From the NCBI RefSeq assembly GCF_009914755.1, contig NC_060926.1: a DNA stretch of 64,000 nucleotides; one strand, given 5' to 3'. Shown one piece after another: positions 44,250-60,254 of this stretch (position 1 is the first letter of the stretch; each line of letters begins with the position of its first letter). The notes beneath the pieces are model-generated. The model was not told where the DNA came from, made no database searches, and worked only from the letters and a program-made list of their open reading frames with translations. A program made the position numbers and the translations under genes. Source of the stretch: the human T2T-CHM13v2.0 reference genome, Homo sapiens.

Positions 44250-44713
44250 GTGAGTGATGCCCATCACTTTTTCCATGAAGGGGCACATTGTCTTTCCTAT
44301 CCAGAGAAGACATAGCGGTCTCACAATATTTTCCAAATGTTTTCCTCAAATGCAAGTTTTTGAATTCAGCCTAATGTTATTATGTTATTTGACAATTAAT
44401 TTTTCATGACAAATTCAGGGTTCTTTGTTTAAAAACTTAAAGTATCAAAGTAGTATGAAACCTTTAACCCAATAAGTATGTACTGAAGTATATTTGTTGC
44501 AAAGTAAGACAGCATCGAATTGAATGAGTTCCCGAGAGATTTTGGTGCTATTGGACAAAAATTCATCTTAAATAATCTCCCAAATTATTGGATACCAGCA
44601 CATAAAGAAATAGTATTTATTGCTTTTGTTATGGTTTATTTTTTATCCACTTTAACATGTGTCCAATTCCATTCAACTTAATCGAAATCATTACAAAATT
44701 TTGAGCACCAATT

Positions 44714-45031
44714 CAGTCACCCTTCATATACTGGGATTTCACATCCCCAGATTCAACAGACTGTGGATGGAAAATACTCAGAAAAAAAAGTTTGGTTGTG
44801 TTCATACTGAACATTTACATACTTATTTTTTGGGTCATTTTTCTCTAAACAATACAGTATAACATCTATTTACATAGCATTCACATTGTATTTGGTATTA
44901 TAAGTAATCTAGGGATGATTTAAAGTAACAAGATGATGTACATAGGTTATGTGCAAATACTGCACTATATCATATAAAGGACTTGAGTATCTGCAGATTT
45001 TGGAATTTGTGTGGAGTCTCGAACCAGTCCC
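44714..45031 (+). mobile_element. MER2 (Tigger-derived), right end truncated
   Basis: 'acatagcattcacattgta...ataagtaatctagggatgatttaaag...ggacttgag'. Confidence 0.8.
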
Positions 45032-45135
45032 TGCTGGAGGGGAGCAGGCTGGTTGGTGGTGGCAGCAGTCGCACTGGGTGTTTCCCCCATTTTTAATTTT
45101 ATCCAAATTTAAATACTGAATATTTCTCTCCGTAG

Positions 45136-45325
45136 ACGATTGCATTGCACTAGGAACTATATCCACATGCACTTATTTGTGTCTTTCATGCTGAGAGCTA
45201 CAAGCATCTTTGTCAAAGACAGAGTAGTCCATGCTCACATAGGAGTAAAGGAGCTGGAGTCCCTAATAATGCAGGATGACCCACAAAATTCCATTGAGGC
45301 AACTTCTGTGGACAAATCACAATAT
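45136..45325 (+). CDS. PTH2R: PTH2R exon 6 ([22 protein letters not shown]...DKSQY; ICL1, TM2, ECL1)
   Basis: Acceptor ctccgtag|A, donor TAT|gtaagt. 190 nt. Contains the class B signature LHCTRNYIH. Confidence 0.97.
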
Positions 45326-45859
45326 GTAAGTGTTTTCACCATTTTCTCTCATTACTAATTTGTATAACACTACAAATAAGTACAATTTTACAGTCCACTA
45401 AACATGTTAACTTGCTTTTACTTATCTCTGAACTAACTAAAATGGATTATCAATTTGTATAGTGATGTTTTCTCCCTCAATTCTGTCCTTTCATGTCTAA
45501 TCAATCATTTTATTAAAAGTTCTTGGGTTTTTTCCTCAAGAATATTCTGGAATGGAAACTGCAAAATGCACAAGATTGGAATGGTATTTGGCATAGGCAC
45601 CACAGCAACTGTCATGGGGCTCACCACTTTCGAAAGTAAAAATCCCATCAGCAAAACCAGAAGCTTGCAATTTAAAAGCCCATGATATTTAGTCCCTTTA
45701 TTGAGTACTCGAAGACTTGTTCCAATATAAAATTTTATGTTACTTGATTCTGCTCTTGAATGTCCTGGTGGTAGTAAATAGATTGATCCAATAATTCACT
45801 CAATTAGATCATTGAAGCAATATATCTGAAATTAGGTATAGTAGATTGATTGTCTTGAT

Positions 45860-46145
45860 GGTGTGAATTAATACCCTGTCTGGATCTGTGCCTTTGCCCT
45901 GTAACTTTATAGTCCCTGCTGATTCTGATTCTGGGCTGGCACTGAGACTTGCTTTCCCCAACAGAAGGAAGTGGACGCAATAGTGTAGCAGTTGAGAGTA
46001 GACCTCTACTCAGTGAGCCTAGCCGAGACAAGCCTAGCCCAGATCAGCCGAACTACCCAGCCCATCCACAGATTTCTAAGATATGTTAAATGTTTATTGT
46101 TATAAGTCACTAACTTTGGGGGCAGCTTGTTTTGCAGCAATAGCT
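45860..46145 (+). mobile_element. Old MLT1 LTR fragment
   Basis: 'gacttgctt', 'cagcccatccacaga', and 3' end 'gcagcaatagct'. Confidence 0.55.
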
Positions 46146-46521
46146 GCATAAAAGACCAAAATAAAATAAATTCAAGCTAAAAATATGGGTAACATTTTCT
46201 TCTTTATACTTTTCTATATGTTCCTAATTTTCTGTGATGGTCGTGTATTATTTTTATAAAGTGAAAAAATTGAGAAAAGGTGATTTTTTTGGTAACTTCT
46301 TAAAGAAAAAACTTATTTTAAAAATAGAATCAAGTTCATAGTCTTGAAAAATGATGCATTAAAATAACTGTTTTGGCCTCTCAACAGTTTTGACTTTACT
46401 GTGTAAAGGAGACATATTAGCCTGAAAAAGAAACTGAAGACTTGTTTTTTAGTGGTCTAATGTTGGCATCCAGTACAACAAAGTGTTCTAATATGATGAA
46501 ATTCTGGTTTATTTGTAATAG

Positions 46522-46675
46522 ATCGGGTGCAAGATTGCTGTTGTGATGTTTATTTACTTCCTGGCTACAAATTATTATTGGATCCTGGTGGAAGGTCTCT
46601 ACCTGCATAATCTCATCTTTGTGGCTTTCTTTTCGGACACCAAATACCTGTGGGGCTTCATCTTGATAGGCTGGG
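46522..46675 (+). CDS. PTH2R: PTH2R exon 7 ([29 protein letters not shown]...IGW; TM3 to TM4)
   Basis: Acceptor gtaatag|ATC, donor G|gtaaga. 154 nt. Contains the [12 protein letters not shown] motif. Confidence 0.97.
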
Positions 46676-48911
46676 GTAAGACATTTATATCTCTGTTCCT
46701 TTCAAACTGGATGATGCATTTGATGACATTCTGTCATGCCCATCATTAGCATCCCTACAGCCATTTTCCTGAAACAATCCCTCCCATTCTTATTTTTTAT
46801 CTCCCTTTTATTGTTCTATTCTTAGACAAAAATAATTAAGATCAAGTCTATAATTCTCCCAGTGGTGACAAACTTTTAAAGTTATTTGTGGATAGTGTTC
46901 TTAGGCCAGATTCTTGAGAGGATTCTTTGGAGGAAATATAAGAGAACTCATTGTAAGCCATACACATGTACAACTAAATGTCAGTGTTCTGCTTTATCAA
47001 TAATTTCATCTTAAAATTTTTTATTTTTGAATTTCTAAGCTATAATGATATATTTTTGGTTTGTATTTCTAGGTCATATGATGAGAATGCCAGAAATGAA
47101 TTTGTAGGACCATCCTGACTGTATTTAACAAATACAAATTACAAACTAATTATGTGGACTTACCATGTGTTTTAGAAGGAAATTATTCAAATTACTTCTG
47201 GCATAAGTAATTAAAAAAGTATTCAGTTCTCATTTCAAAAATGATTTAGTAGTACAAGGGGGATTACTGGATTAGACACTGACTCAACATGACATGGAGA
47301 AAAGAAATTGTTTGCTTGTTAAAAATTAAGGGAAATTAAAACTCATATGTGGTGAAAATTGAGAAGAGGTTGGAGATTAACAGTTGCAGATCTCAATTGC
47401 TATTTTAATATTTAAATTAGGAGGTGCTCAGCATAGGAAAAAAATTCACTAAGTAGCTCACGACTAAATTTGAAGGTTTTTTTCCTCTCCAAAATAAGAA
47501 TATGCCTTTGCCTATTTTGCCTTAACTTTTTTTCTTAACAACTGAAATGTGAAGTAAAGAATGCTGAACTTTCTGCTAGCTAATTAATAACCTTTAAGAA
47601 GACAAAGAAAATCAATTTACTGTTAAACTTATTTATTATGAAATAATCATCACAATTAAAGTTGTATTTTTGTAGACAGCTCGTCTGTTTTAAGGCTCTT
47701 TCTTATCTTTGACTAGCAGTTACTGAAAATAAAAAAGATAATATTTTGCTTTTTTAGGATCCTTTGGAAATTTTCTTGACAATTTGTGGTAGTTTGCCTT
47801 CCTTCAAATCAAAATTATATCTGTGAACCCACATAATTATTAGGAGTTGGAAAAGGTGTTGATAGAAAATTCAATAATGAATGTAGACATTTGTTTATTT
47901 GGGTTATATTTTATTTTTCAAATTTCTTCATCATTGCTTACATTTTTAATAAATTCTTTTTTTCTCTTTATTTATGCCTTGATAGCTACCTGGTGCAAGC
48001 CTCCTTATTAACTCTTTATTTGGGCTTTATCACTCAGTCTGTCTCTCCTTACAGTTAGGAGTTTGTCCCACCGAATCTCAGAAAACACAAATCTTTCTAT
48101 GAAAAAGAGAATGTAAAGAAAAGCTAAGGTGCTAGTGAGCTTCTATGCAAGTATGGTTTCTTACCTTCCTTTACAGCTTTTATTAATTTGCCCACAAAAG
48201 TTTAGGCATAGAAATGACAACTACAATAGAAATCTTCATTTCGTGAAATAGTTTGAGAACACACATGAAAACCGGTTGACTTTTCATGGAAACTGTCTGT
48301 GAACGCATTTTACATGCCACATTTTGCTCACTTAATTAGCCACAAGTCAAAAGAGTAATAACTATTCTTCATGGAATTATGGTTCTACAGCTAGTCTGTC
48401 TTCTGACTTTCTCTTTGCATTTCCATTCTTTAAAAATATACTCTAGTCTAGGGCATATATAATGAAAATAATAGTAGTATTCTTTTAAGATTCTCTGCTC
48501 CTAAAACACAGCTATCACTGAATGAAGTACATATCAAAATCTGTTTGATTTATGGATTGTCTTTCTCTTATCTCAACACTGAGAGACTGATTTAAAAACA
48601 TTATTTATATATCTGACTCATTTTTCTAAATTCATTTTCTAAATGATCAAAAACATTATATATGCCTTGCAGGATACTTTGCTAGAATAACTGAGAGCGA
48701 GTCCAATTTTATACTTACTTCCAATGATGCCATTTACTGGCTTCATTAGAGCAGAGAACTTGCTTAAATTCCTTTGTTACTCATTTGGACCCAAATGTTT
48801 ATAACTTTAAGCTCTTTTCAGCTAGATAAATACTCAGAACTCTGTTAGTCACATTGTAGTAATGTGTGGAGTTACACTTATATTGATTGTGATGATCCTT
48901 TTCTTTTTAAA

Positions 48912-49058
48912 TGTTTTATTATTTTATTTCTTATTATTTGTTAGAGATGTGGTCTTATTATGTTGCCCAGGCTGGTCTTGAACCCCTGGCCTCAAGCAAT
49001 CCTCCTGCCTCGGCCTCTCAAAGTGCTGGGATTACAGATGTGAGCGACCATGTGCAAT
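48912..49058 (-). mobile_element. FLAM_C / AluJ left monomer, antisense
   Basis: 'tatgttgcccaggctggtcttgaac...caaagtgctgggattacag'. Confidence 0.85.
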
Positions 49059-49094
49059 CTGATTATGATGATTCTTAAAAATAAATTGGAAGGA

Positions 49095-49512
<418 letters not shown>

Positions 49513-50195
49513 TTAAAATAACTGTTTTTACATTTTATTATTATAAAACAAGATGCATAGAGAATAAAGGTGAATACTAATGATAACTGTTTCTTTTCAT
49601 TCAACCAAGCACATTATTATTTTCCCCATCCTTGTCTCAGTTTTCCCATAAATAAGGTGCTTTATTCTTAGTTCCATTTTATTTCAACTACACATTTTCC
49701 TCTATTTTAATTCTGTATGTAAAAGGTATCTCTTTTTTTTATTGTTACTAAATATGGTAATTTGCTTCTATATTAGTAGCCATCCTTAATTTTCAACTGT
49801 CAGATGAAACACCAGTATGTACATATCATCATATAAAAGCACCTATCCTAGTAATACCATCTTACATAGAATATTTTCACATAATATGTTCCCTGAAAAT
49901 AATCAGGAAACAGTCCCACACTCCCATTTTATTCCCTTTGTAAAATATCTTAATCCAGCAAACATTTTTTGATCATCCACTTGGCAGTAAGTGTTTAAAC
50001 ACAGAGACAGGTGTTAAAGTCTCCCACACAAGATGCATGCACTCTGACCCTTTAGGTTATTTTGTTTGTTTTCTTGTTGTGATCATATGTATCATATTCA
50101 ACATTTTTAATTTGTAGTTATTTTAAAGTTAATTTAAAGTTTTGTCTTCACAAAACTTATTTATTTTGTATTGACGTGTCTTATGAAAATAACTC

Positions 50196-50453
<258 letters not shown>

Positions 50454-51230
50454 TCAGTAAATGCACATACTAGATAACATTTAAATTTATATTAAATTTA
50501 CTTAATTTAACATTTAAATTTAAAACAACATTTACATGTCAAGTATTTTTGCCTTTATTTCTGTGTTCTAAATTATGTAACAATTCATATTAAGACTCGT
50601 GATAAAAAATCCTTAAAGGATCCCAAAGTAGTTTTCTGTTCTTCATTCTTCCATGGTAGTCTCTATGCTAGTCTTATGCATAAGATTCTCTAAGAAGGTG
50701 AGAAAAGCAATTCTATGAAGACATAATGCCTGTGTACGATATTTGACATAATTATCATCTAAAACATAATGCCAACTCAACCACCATTAATAAATACTGT
50801 ATAGAACAGCATTCAGGAAGTACCTGATCAGAAGAATGTAAAGGAAGCAGAAGATGCAGATATAAGAATGATAAGATGTGAAAATTGATGAAAGACAGGC
50901 AGACACTTTTTGAAGACAACCAAGATAGAACAGCTGAGGGATCTATGTCAGGCCATGTGGTAGAATCTATGCCAGACTGTATGGTGGATTTATATCTAAT
51001 CATCCTACCAGAAGCAGCTGTCCCCTCCCCATTACATAGTATCACTTTTATTTATTCTTCATAGCACCAATTCATAACCAAAAGCAACTGAAGTTGCTTT
51101 GTTAATTTTGACTGCTTCACCAGAATATAAGTTTTAGAAAACAGGGATATTGTTTATTTGTTCATTATTTATATCATTTAGAACAATCTTTGACACATAA
51201 ATAGACAATAAATGATTAATGGAGAAATGT

Positions 51231-51280
<50 letters not shown>
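51231..51280. repeat. (GATA)12 tetranucleotide STR
   Basis: Uninterrupted 50-bp tract. Confidence 0.95.
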
Positions 51281-52549
51281 ATATGCAAACTGAACCTAAG
51301 AAATAACCAGAATTAGGTAGGTCTATTTTGACAAAAAATTCCTAGAACACAGAATTTGAGCAGATTAAAGAAAGAATACTATAGAAACAAGAAATAAAAT
51401 TGGAATATAGAATCATAAAATTCAGTAGTGATATAGGCAGGCTGAACTTAAGTTAGATGGTCACTAAGGAGACCAAAGACATTATTGTGCATATCATCAT
51501 TTTCATCTTTTTCTGAAAATTTTCTTTTTCTAAGCCTATTTCTTTGTTCACTTTGTTGCTAAGAAAGAATATAAAAAAATTACAATTTTTTTAAAGGTTA
51601 AGAATTTAAAGTTATGCTTGATAAAAAATGTTCTTGGCTAGACCAAAATTTTGTTTTCCCCTTTTGTAAGGTGCTTCCTAGATTCTAAAATGTTTTCCTT
51701 ATGGTTTCTGTATATCCTTTATTTAAACCACTTTCATAAAGGCCACATAATGAAAAGTCATCTCTTAAGTCTTTCAGTCCCCTACTGCAGTATTCCATAT
51801 AAGTTATGGTTCATGATTTTTTTGTGTGTGATGTCAGAGTTTAATCAAATACAACATGAGCTGGACAGTGAACTTTTACTGGGGGGCAAACGAAAGTCGG
51901 TATAATGGATTTGATGTTACAAGCCCAGAAGGTGTTTAGCACTTATGAAGGACAAATATCTCGCGCTCAAATCATCAGACAAATATAGTGGTCACCCTTT
52001 TCTATTAATGCATGAAAATGCTTCTGTCTTGTGCCAACGTGAACTAAAAGAAGAGACTAAACTGGTTAAAACTTCCTGATTTTTATAACTTGCCTCCGTA
52101 TGCCTTCCATTTTTAGGATGAAAAAATTCTAAGTTTTTAAAACAACAGCATCCCTCAGCTTTTCAGGAGTCCCTGTGTTGCTTCACTCCTTGAGAGCATA
52201 TGATGGTCAGCGTGACAAGAGTCAAAGTCAAATGCCAACCATTGCTTACTTCCAACCCTAGGAACTTCACTCTTCTCCAAATATGGCTTTTCCCTACACC
52301 CCTCAGATGAAAATTAGGCCAGTTTTTATCTTCAGACTAGAGGAACAAATAACATCAATATTCTTGCTAATTTCTCAAACTGACATGATTAAAAATTAAG
52401 TGGACTTTTCTTGTTCACATATCAGAAATTTTCATGTCTATTTTTATCTCTGAACAGCTAATAGTATATTCTTATATATGGTGAATTTGAGGAAAAAACC
52501 TCCTTAATCTTAAAATAAATCTAGTCTCTGAATCATTTTCTGATTTCAG

Positions 52550-52610
52550 GGTTTCCAGCAGCATTTGTTGCAGCATGGGCTGTGGCACGAGCAACTCTGG
52601 CTGATGCGAG
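52550..52610 (+). CDS. PTH2R: PTH2R exon 8 (GFPAAFVAAWAVARATLADA)
   Basis: Acceptor gatttcag|GG, donor AG|gtgagt. 61 nt. Completes the GWGFP motif of TM4. Confidence 0.96.
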
Positions 52611-53739
52611 GTGAGTGAAAAGGCAGGGGAAACGAGAGAACCTCAGATGTTCTCAAGACTCAGGCTTCCTGCTCAGAATTCACACTCGCTTCTGTTCTTG
52701 ATGCCATTGCTTTTTAGGGATGCCACAAGGAAAATTACCTTGATGCGATGGTAGCTTCCAACACATTACCAGCAAGCTGTCTATTCCAGAGGTCATAGAG
52801 CAGAAACACTCGCAGACTAGATGAAGGTGCCTGACCTCCATAGATTAAGAAACAAATGTAAAATATAATGTGAGAAGCAAGTGGAAAGAGATGGGTAAGA
52901 GAATCCACTTAGGATTTAGTGAAAGCAGGTTGAAGAACTACACTACCTGATTCCTAGGATAGGCAGTGTTCATACTCTCTCTCTCTCTCTCTGCCACATC
53001 AACTTTTCCTGAGGATGGTGTGGTTATGAGGACCTGCGATAAGGTAGCATGAAGGGGAACTACAGACAGAATCTGGTGCCCTGGGCCAGTGACACATACT
53101 TCCTCATAGAGATGGAGAGGCAAGTACACTGGCTACATTTGTAGCTTCTGAATTAGCCTGCAGAGAAGTTCTGGGTTTTATTTGTGGCCCTTGGGAAAAG
53201 GACATGTGGGAAGGAGTTCCATCAATCCATGAATCCTCAAAATCAAAATATTTTTGAGGCTGATAATGCCCTCAAAAATATTAAGAACTTCCTTTGTATC
53301 AGGGATTGTTCATGGCTCTTGTATATTTAGTATATTATGAATGTTTAGAGCTCAGTTGCCTCATGTGTCTTTAGTACCTGGGTTTAACACACGTGTGGTC
53401 TACTAACTCATCCTTATCTATATTTAATGCAAACTGTGGGTTTCATGCATCCCATTTGTTACCATATCTTCTATAGCAGAATTAAATATTTTAAAATAAT
53501 AAACACATATTAGAAGTGGAATTTATCTCTAACTGTGAGTCATTAAGTTCTTCCAGGTAGCATGGAGCTAATTTAATGTGTCATTTTAAAGTACAAGAAA
53601 ACAATGCTATAAATCATTTAAAATGTATCATTTTTAAGGATACATTTTAATGTATCATGGTACACCTAATACATTTAAATAACCATTTAAGTGTAAAGGG
53701 TACATTTGCATTAAATAGTAAAGAATCCTTTCTTTATAT

Positions 53740-54170
53740 TTTGACAGACCTGAGTTCAAATCTTGATTTAACTGCTTTGTTAGGTTAGGGACCAACGGAC
53801 CCAAAACACATGATCTCTTTGTGTATCAGTTTCTCATGTATAAAGCAGAGATAATAATGTATAGATGACATTAATACATTATTATGAACACTTAGCATAG
53901 TACCTGGCACTAAATGGGAGTGTGCTGAGAAGGAGCTCAGGTACAGGTGTCTTATAGGCTTGTTCTGCTACTTCTTGGTTCTGGAACAGCAGATGTACAA
54001 CCTAACCTCTCTGAGCCTCAGTTTTCTCAGCTGTCAAATGCAGTTAAAATGAATACTACTCTTTACAGAGTTGTTGTTGTAAGAATAAATGAGATAATGT
54101 ATGTAAAATAACTAATGCAAAGTTTGGAATGTACTGATAGTAAGTGCTAAATACTTGTTAGCAAGTATTA
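53740..54170 (+). mobile_element. Two tandem MIR fragments
   Basis: 'acagacctgagttcaaatc' and 'aacctctctgagcctcagttttctc...aaatgagataatgtatgtaaa'. Confidence 0.7.
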
Positions 54171-56069
54171 TTCTTTGGCTTCATTAATTTGTATTCACAA
54201 GTAATGTCTAAAGAATTAAAAAATAGCATTTTTGTATATTGTTATTTCATTAGAAAGCCAAACTCATCCTTCCATTAATCCTAGCTTATAATATTTTGAT
54301 TTTTATCCCGTCAAGTTGATGGAACCCTGGTTCTGCTGAAGCTAGAGCTTATAAATTAGGCTGTAGAAAAGATGAGGGGTGGAGGCCTTATAGACCCTCA
54401 TAGGCCAGATTAGGATGTTTGGTCTTCGTTCAGTGATAACGACAGCAAATTTGCATTTTGTGAAGATAATTACCAGAACATTGGGTAATAATACGTGATG
54501 TTGGAGGAAAGTAATAATGAAAACATTTTCTGGCATTTCTGAGTGCTGATCACATTCCAGGTACTTCATAATTTTGCAAATATTAAGTAAGTTAAAACTC
54601 ATTATTAACTCTATGAAACTGAGGTCAGAGAAGTTGTGCTCAAGGTTGCACAGCCACGAATGGTAGAAAAGTACTTTGATCTCAGATATTCAGGCTCTAG
54701 AGGCATTCAGAAAACACTTACAGGCGGATGAGGTGTTTCTATTGAGATAAGTGGAATTTTTATTATATGTGAAGGAGTAGAGTTGAAGAGGGATTCTTTC
54801 TACAGTATCACTGATAGCTTCTCACTCTTCAGTTGATTTAACACATCTGGTAATCAAGAGTACACAGTGGAAAATGTCCAGCATACACTAGACAGTTTTT
54901 CTCTTATCTTCACTATGTCTAGCCTTTTGTCTTTTTACCTCAGAGAGGTAAAACTTCTAGTTCTTTCTGTTCTCTAAATCAGAAATAGGTTATCACCTAC
55001 CATTAACTTTTCAACAATTCCCATTTTTTGTTGACATATAAGCTCATGCCTGTGTATTTGTATTGCATGTATACATGCAGTGTTGTCTCCTGGCATATGT
55101 TTTTCTCATTCACATGATAAAATTAAATATATCTGCATTTCATGGTGAAAACCATAACTACAAATGCTCTACCTTGTTAGTGCGTTTGAAATCTACTATT
55201 CTACCATATAAATCTTCCTTATCAAATTCCTGCAGCATTTAGTATGCATATTATATAATTATTCCTTTCTTATCTATCATCTTATTTCTCTAAATGTGCA
55301 AGTGTAACTGTCTCATTTTTCCAACAAACCATGAATTCCAAATGGGCATAAATGAAATTCCCTGTTTTACAGTAGATAACTCTTCAGTGCATGCTGATCA
55401 ATTCTTCTGGATTCGGCTGACCATTTTTTCTCTCTTTGCTCCATATCTATTAAGCAATGATAAAGTTTGAGTTAATGCAAGTTGTGAGTTATAAGGAGGT
55501 GTGGTTTTTCTTCCATTCATGACTTGCAGCAGTCATTCTCAGCCTCAGTCTTCCATCTGTGAGATGAGAATAATATTCTTGGCCATGACTAATGCTGTGA
55601 GTTTGCAGGGGACAGATCTGAGAATTAGATGAGAGGCCATTATGAAAGGGCTTTGTAAACTCCAAATTTTAGACAAACAATAAATGTTACCTTCATTGTG
55701 CGTAAAGAAACAGTAACTTTTAAGGCCCGATCATTATATATAAACAGAAAAAAATCTTGACCGCCCATCTCCTATCATTCCTTATAAGTGTCTGATAGCT
55801 TGTAAGTCGCCCTTTACTTCTGTCTGACCCAAGTGCCTCCGGGGCTGACTGCAGGGAGGCTGCCTGGTAAAGGCTTTCAGTTGGCTCAAATGGACTTTGG
55901 CCAGAGCCCCCCAGTTGTCTGTGTTTCTCTTGAGGGGCTACATGATGAATGAACATGAAAAAATTCTTTTTTTTTTGGTATTATTTCTATTTAAATAATG
56001 ATGAGAAAGAATAGGAAAAAGTAGAAAAGCATTCAGGTAACTGCGCTTTGCTCTCATGGTCAAGCTTAT

Positions 56070-56462
56070 TGCTATGGACTGAATTATGTCTCCCAAAATT
56101 CACATGTTAAAGCCCTAACCCCCAATGTGACTCTATTTGGAGATAGGGTCTATAAGGACCTAATTAGGGTTAAGGAGGTCATGAGAGTGGGGCCCTGTTA
56201 TGAAAGGATTAGTGTCCTTATAAGAAGAGATGCCAGAGAGGCTGGCTCTCCCTCTCTCTCTGTGCACACAAAGAAGAGGTCATGTGAGCACACAGTGAGA
56301 TGGAGGCTACTTACAAGCCAAGAAGAGAGGTCTCACCAGAAAAGGACCATGCTGGCACCCTGATCTTGAACTTCTAGTCTCCAGACTGAGAAAATAAATG
56401 TCTATTGTTTAAGCCACCCAGCCTGTGGTATTTTGCTATCACACGTCAAGCAGATTAACACA
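56070..56462 (+). mobile_element. MLT1A/B LTR
   Basis: tgctatggactgaa...gattaacaca. Perfect TSD CTTAT. Confidence 0.88.
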
Positions 56463-57753
56463 CTTATGATAAAGAAAAGGTAATTTAAAGAGAGGCAGCT
56501 TTAACCTATATATGCAGTAATGCCAAGCATTCTTTTATGTTAATAGAGAACAATTTAATATCCACAGATTGTGTACGCTTTGTGACAGCAGTTCCCTTTT
56601 TGTTATCTCCTGGGAACTTTATTTAAGCCAATATATTGTTTTGAGTTACTAGATATTTCCTTCAGGAATTATTTTGTCTGCTATGCACTGAAAAAAAAAT
56701 CACATACTGTGAATACCTAAACTCTATAAAGAACCTGTCACTCACTGTTCCTGAAAATTAGAACTGTACAGAGTCATTGTCTTTAGGTGCAGCCTTCCTC
56801 CTACTTGCTTCAAAGCTCCCCATTCATCAGCTTCCCTCAGTTCTAAAACTTGCTGGCTTTGCATTTTTCCTTACTTTGATCCCTTTATGCTATTTGAATT
56901 TGTTAACAATTGAGGGTTGATGTTATCTAATTGACATCATTATTGCTATATACACACAGTGAGATTGCAAATCTCAAAGAAAACTTGCAATACCTGTTAC
57001 TTGATTTACATGGGAGGGAAGTTGCATCAGTAAAGAGGTACTAATTAATGCTATCATGATCATATTCTGAGATGTGTAACTGTATGACCTAGATTCAGAA
57101 TTTTAGAGATGATAGGACTTAAGGCATTTTCTGGTTCAATCATCCCATATTAGAGATAAGTAAAATGTGATCCAGAGACATCAGGACACATTCTCAAAGC
57201 TTACCGCTAGACTGAAGCAGAATTTTGACTCATTCATTCAATTAGTTATATCATGTGACCACCTTGCAAAATATTCCACTTTCTTCCTAACTTATCAGAA
57301 TAAAATCTTGAATTCTACAGTGCCCAGATCTGGGATAATTGGATGAAGGGTCATTTTATATTTAATTTTGCCTGTAAACATAAACTGTGTTGCCACTTCT
57401 CTGAGATGATTTCAAAATTGCCTGATTCAACTTCACATAAAATTCAGCTTTTCTATAGATAAAGTTTTTGTGGGTTTTCTTGGGTGTTATCTGACCTATA
57501 TAGCGCCATATGACAACACTCTGGGGAGAGAACAGATTTTAAATATCTTCAAAGGATGAATGGGGTTCATATTCATGTCTTATATTTGAGACTCAATGTT
57601 TTCTAATCTGGCCTTTCAAAGTGAAACCTCTGATTTTCTCTGCATCTTGGCTATTTGGAGATAAGCATGTCAGACCCAGTTTTAAAAGATACCTTAAACT
57701 CTATTGATATACAAAAGAAGTCTCTTTCAGATTTAAAATTCTATTAGGTGTTA

Positions 57754-58140
<387 letters not shown>

Positions 58141-60254
58141 TTACTTACAAAAGCAAAAACACCTTACACGGTAATCTGATTATCTTCTCTTTGCCTCATT
58201 CGAAGGAGATAAGAGATGCCAATGAGAGAAGAAACCCATAACTTCTTTGCTGTATTTTTGTTTCACCATCCAGCAGCAAAGGTGGGGGCTGCAAAGGACC
58301 AAGAAGCCATCTGACATTTCTAGAACATCTGCACAGGCTTTTGGGGTCAGCTTCTTTCGCTTCTTCTACTCTTACTGATTGTAAGTTGTGGAGAGAAGGT
58401 AGTGCTCAGCCAATTCAATTCTCTGGATCCCTTGGGCAGAACAACACACCTGTTTTCAACCCTGGCTGTAGGAAGTTCCACTTTCTAGTCAGACCTTTGT
58501 ATCTCATGCTTCACCATCCAGAACTGCATTTCCTAGAAGGTTAAAGTTTATTAAAAAAATTTGAACAGAGAGTAATTTCTGGGACATGTTAACAAAGACA
58601 GTGTGAGTGGGAACATTGAAGAATTAACTAAAAACAAGCATTAATAACATTTTCTTTAAAAAGTTTGAAATCTCAATTTTCTTTCCTATATCACAGGGGA
58701 AATTTGAAACTTTGACACTGAAAACCATCAAAGACAAGTTTTTCATGTTTTTAGAGGTAGCTGGTTTTGACCTACTTCCAAATGCAAGCATTTTATAGAG
58801 CCTGAATTGTATAATTGAATCCCAATGTGTTAGGAGACACCATGATGAAATGCCATTAAAGCAAAGAAAGAAGACTGTGAAGATATTACCAAATGTCAAA
58901 AACTGAAAAGAAAATTTAGGGAATCCGAAAGCCTTGTAGCTTAGATCTTGGCTAAGTGAATCAATGTTCAATTTACAGTCACATGATATATGCCACCTTC
59001 CTTATGGTAGAAAGCTTTTTTAGGGTAATGTGATTCTGCATAACTCAGTAACATTGTCTTTTATCTTTCTTGTCTGGTTAAATAATGTGAAAAACAGATA
59101 CATGTAAACAATGCCAGAAAATGTTCAATAATATGCAAGTGTAAGATTTTTGTGTCTTAAATTTCCATGTTATTCAAACTTCAAGACCATTGAATATGTG
59201 CATTTCATTTTGGCTGGACCAGAATTACACTTTAGTGTAGGTTCTGGTTGATTTGGCTGTGGTATATTCTCCCACTGGAATGTGGAGCTGCTGAGCTCTA
59301 TTGGTACAGATATGCAAAGAAATAAAACATACACTTTTAAAAGGAAAAAGCAAATTGCAGAATAGTGCATACATGACATTTTTGTATGATAGAGGAAAGT
59401 AAGAATATAACCTTTGTATTTGTTTGCATATGCATAAACATGGGAAGCATACACAATATGGTAATAAAAGGTGTTATCTGTAAGGAGAGGGATGGGGGCA
59501 GAGGCAGACAGGAACATGGGGAGGACTGAGACATCTCAATGGCTGTCTTTTTATATAGTTTGATTTTAAAAATGAGAACATATTGCCTCTATGTAAAAGT
59601 TAAACTTAAAAATATGTAGTTCTTAGTGTGTACTGAAAATGTTTTACCCTTAAGGAAAAGTCAAAATGGTATTTTATTATCTATAGCTTGCTCATTAATA
59701 AAAAGTAAGTTCGTGATAAGTTCATTATCTAGAATTAAAAAACTATCATTATATCCCACAAATTTCTTTATATTATTTGCCATTGCCACAATCAATACTG
59801 GGTTTTGTGAAAAGAGAAAGAAACTTAAGACTTTTATTTGTGCGTCTTTTGTTTCAAGTGTTATATTAAAGTGCCAAGTCGTACTAGTTTCTTATCATTT
59901 CTGTGCTATTTATTCCAGTGTAAGATCTTTACTAGTACAAACCAGATTGGGTGAGCATGAGTAAAACTTAATTTGAATTCAATTGATGTCAGTTCAATCC
60001 AATAGATATTTATTGACTACCTACATACTGTTCTAGGACTTGCAATACATCAGAACACAAAAACAACAGTGATCTCTGCCCATGTAGAACTTAAACTCAA
60101 GTTAGGGTGGAAGGGAAGCACCAAATATAAAAAATAGGCAAATTATATAATTTTTAAATTAAGTACTGTTAAAAACAAACTTTTTAAAATTAGGATAAGG
60201 TCGTGGATCTTATACAAATAGAAAATGGACAGCTGTCAAAGATTTTTAAAAAAA

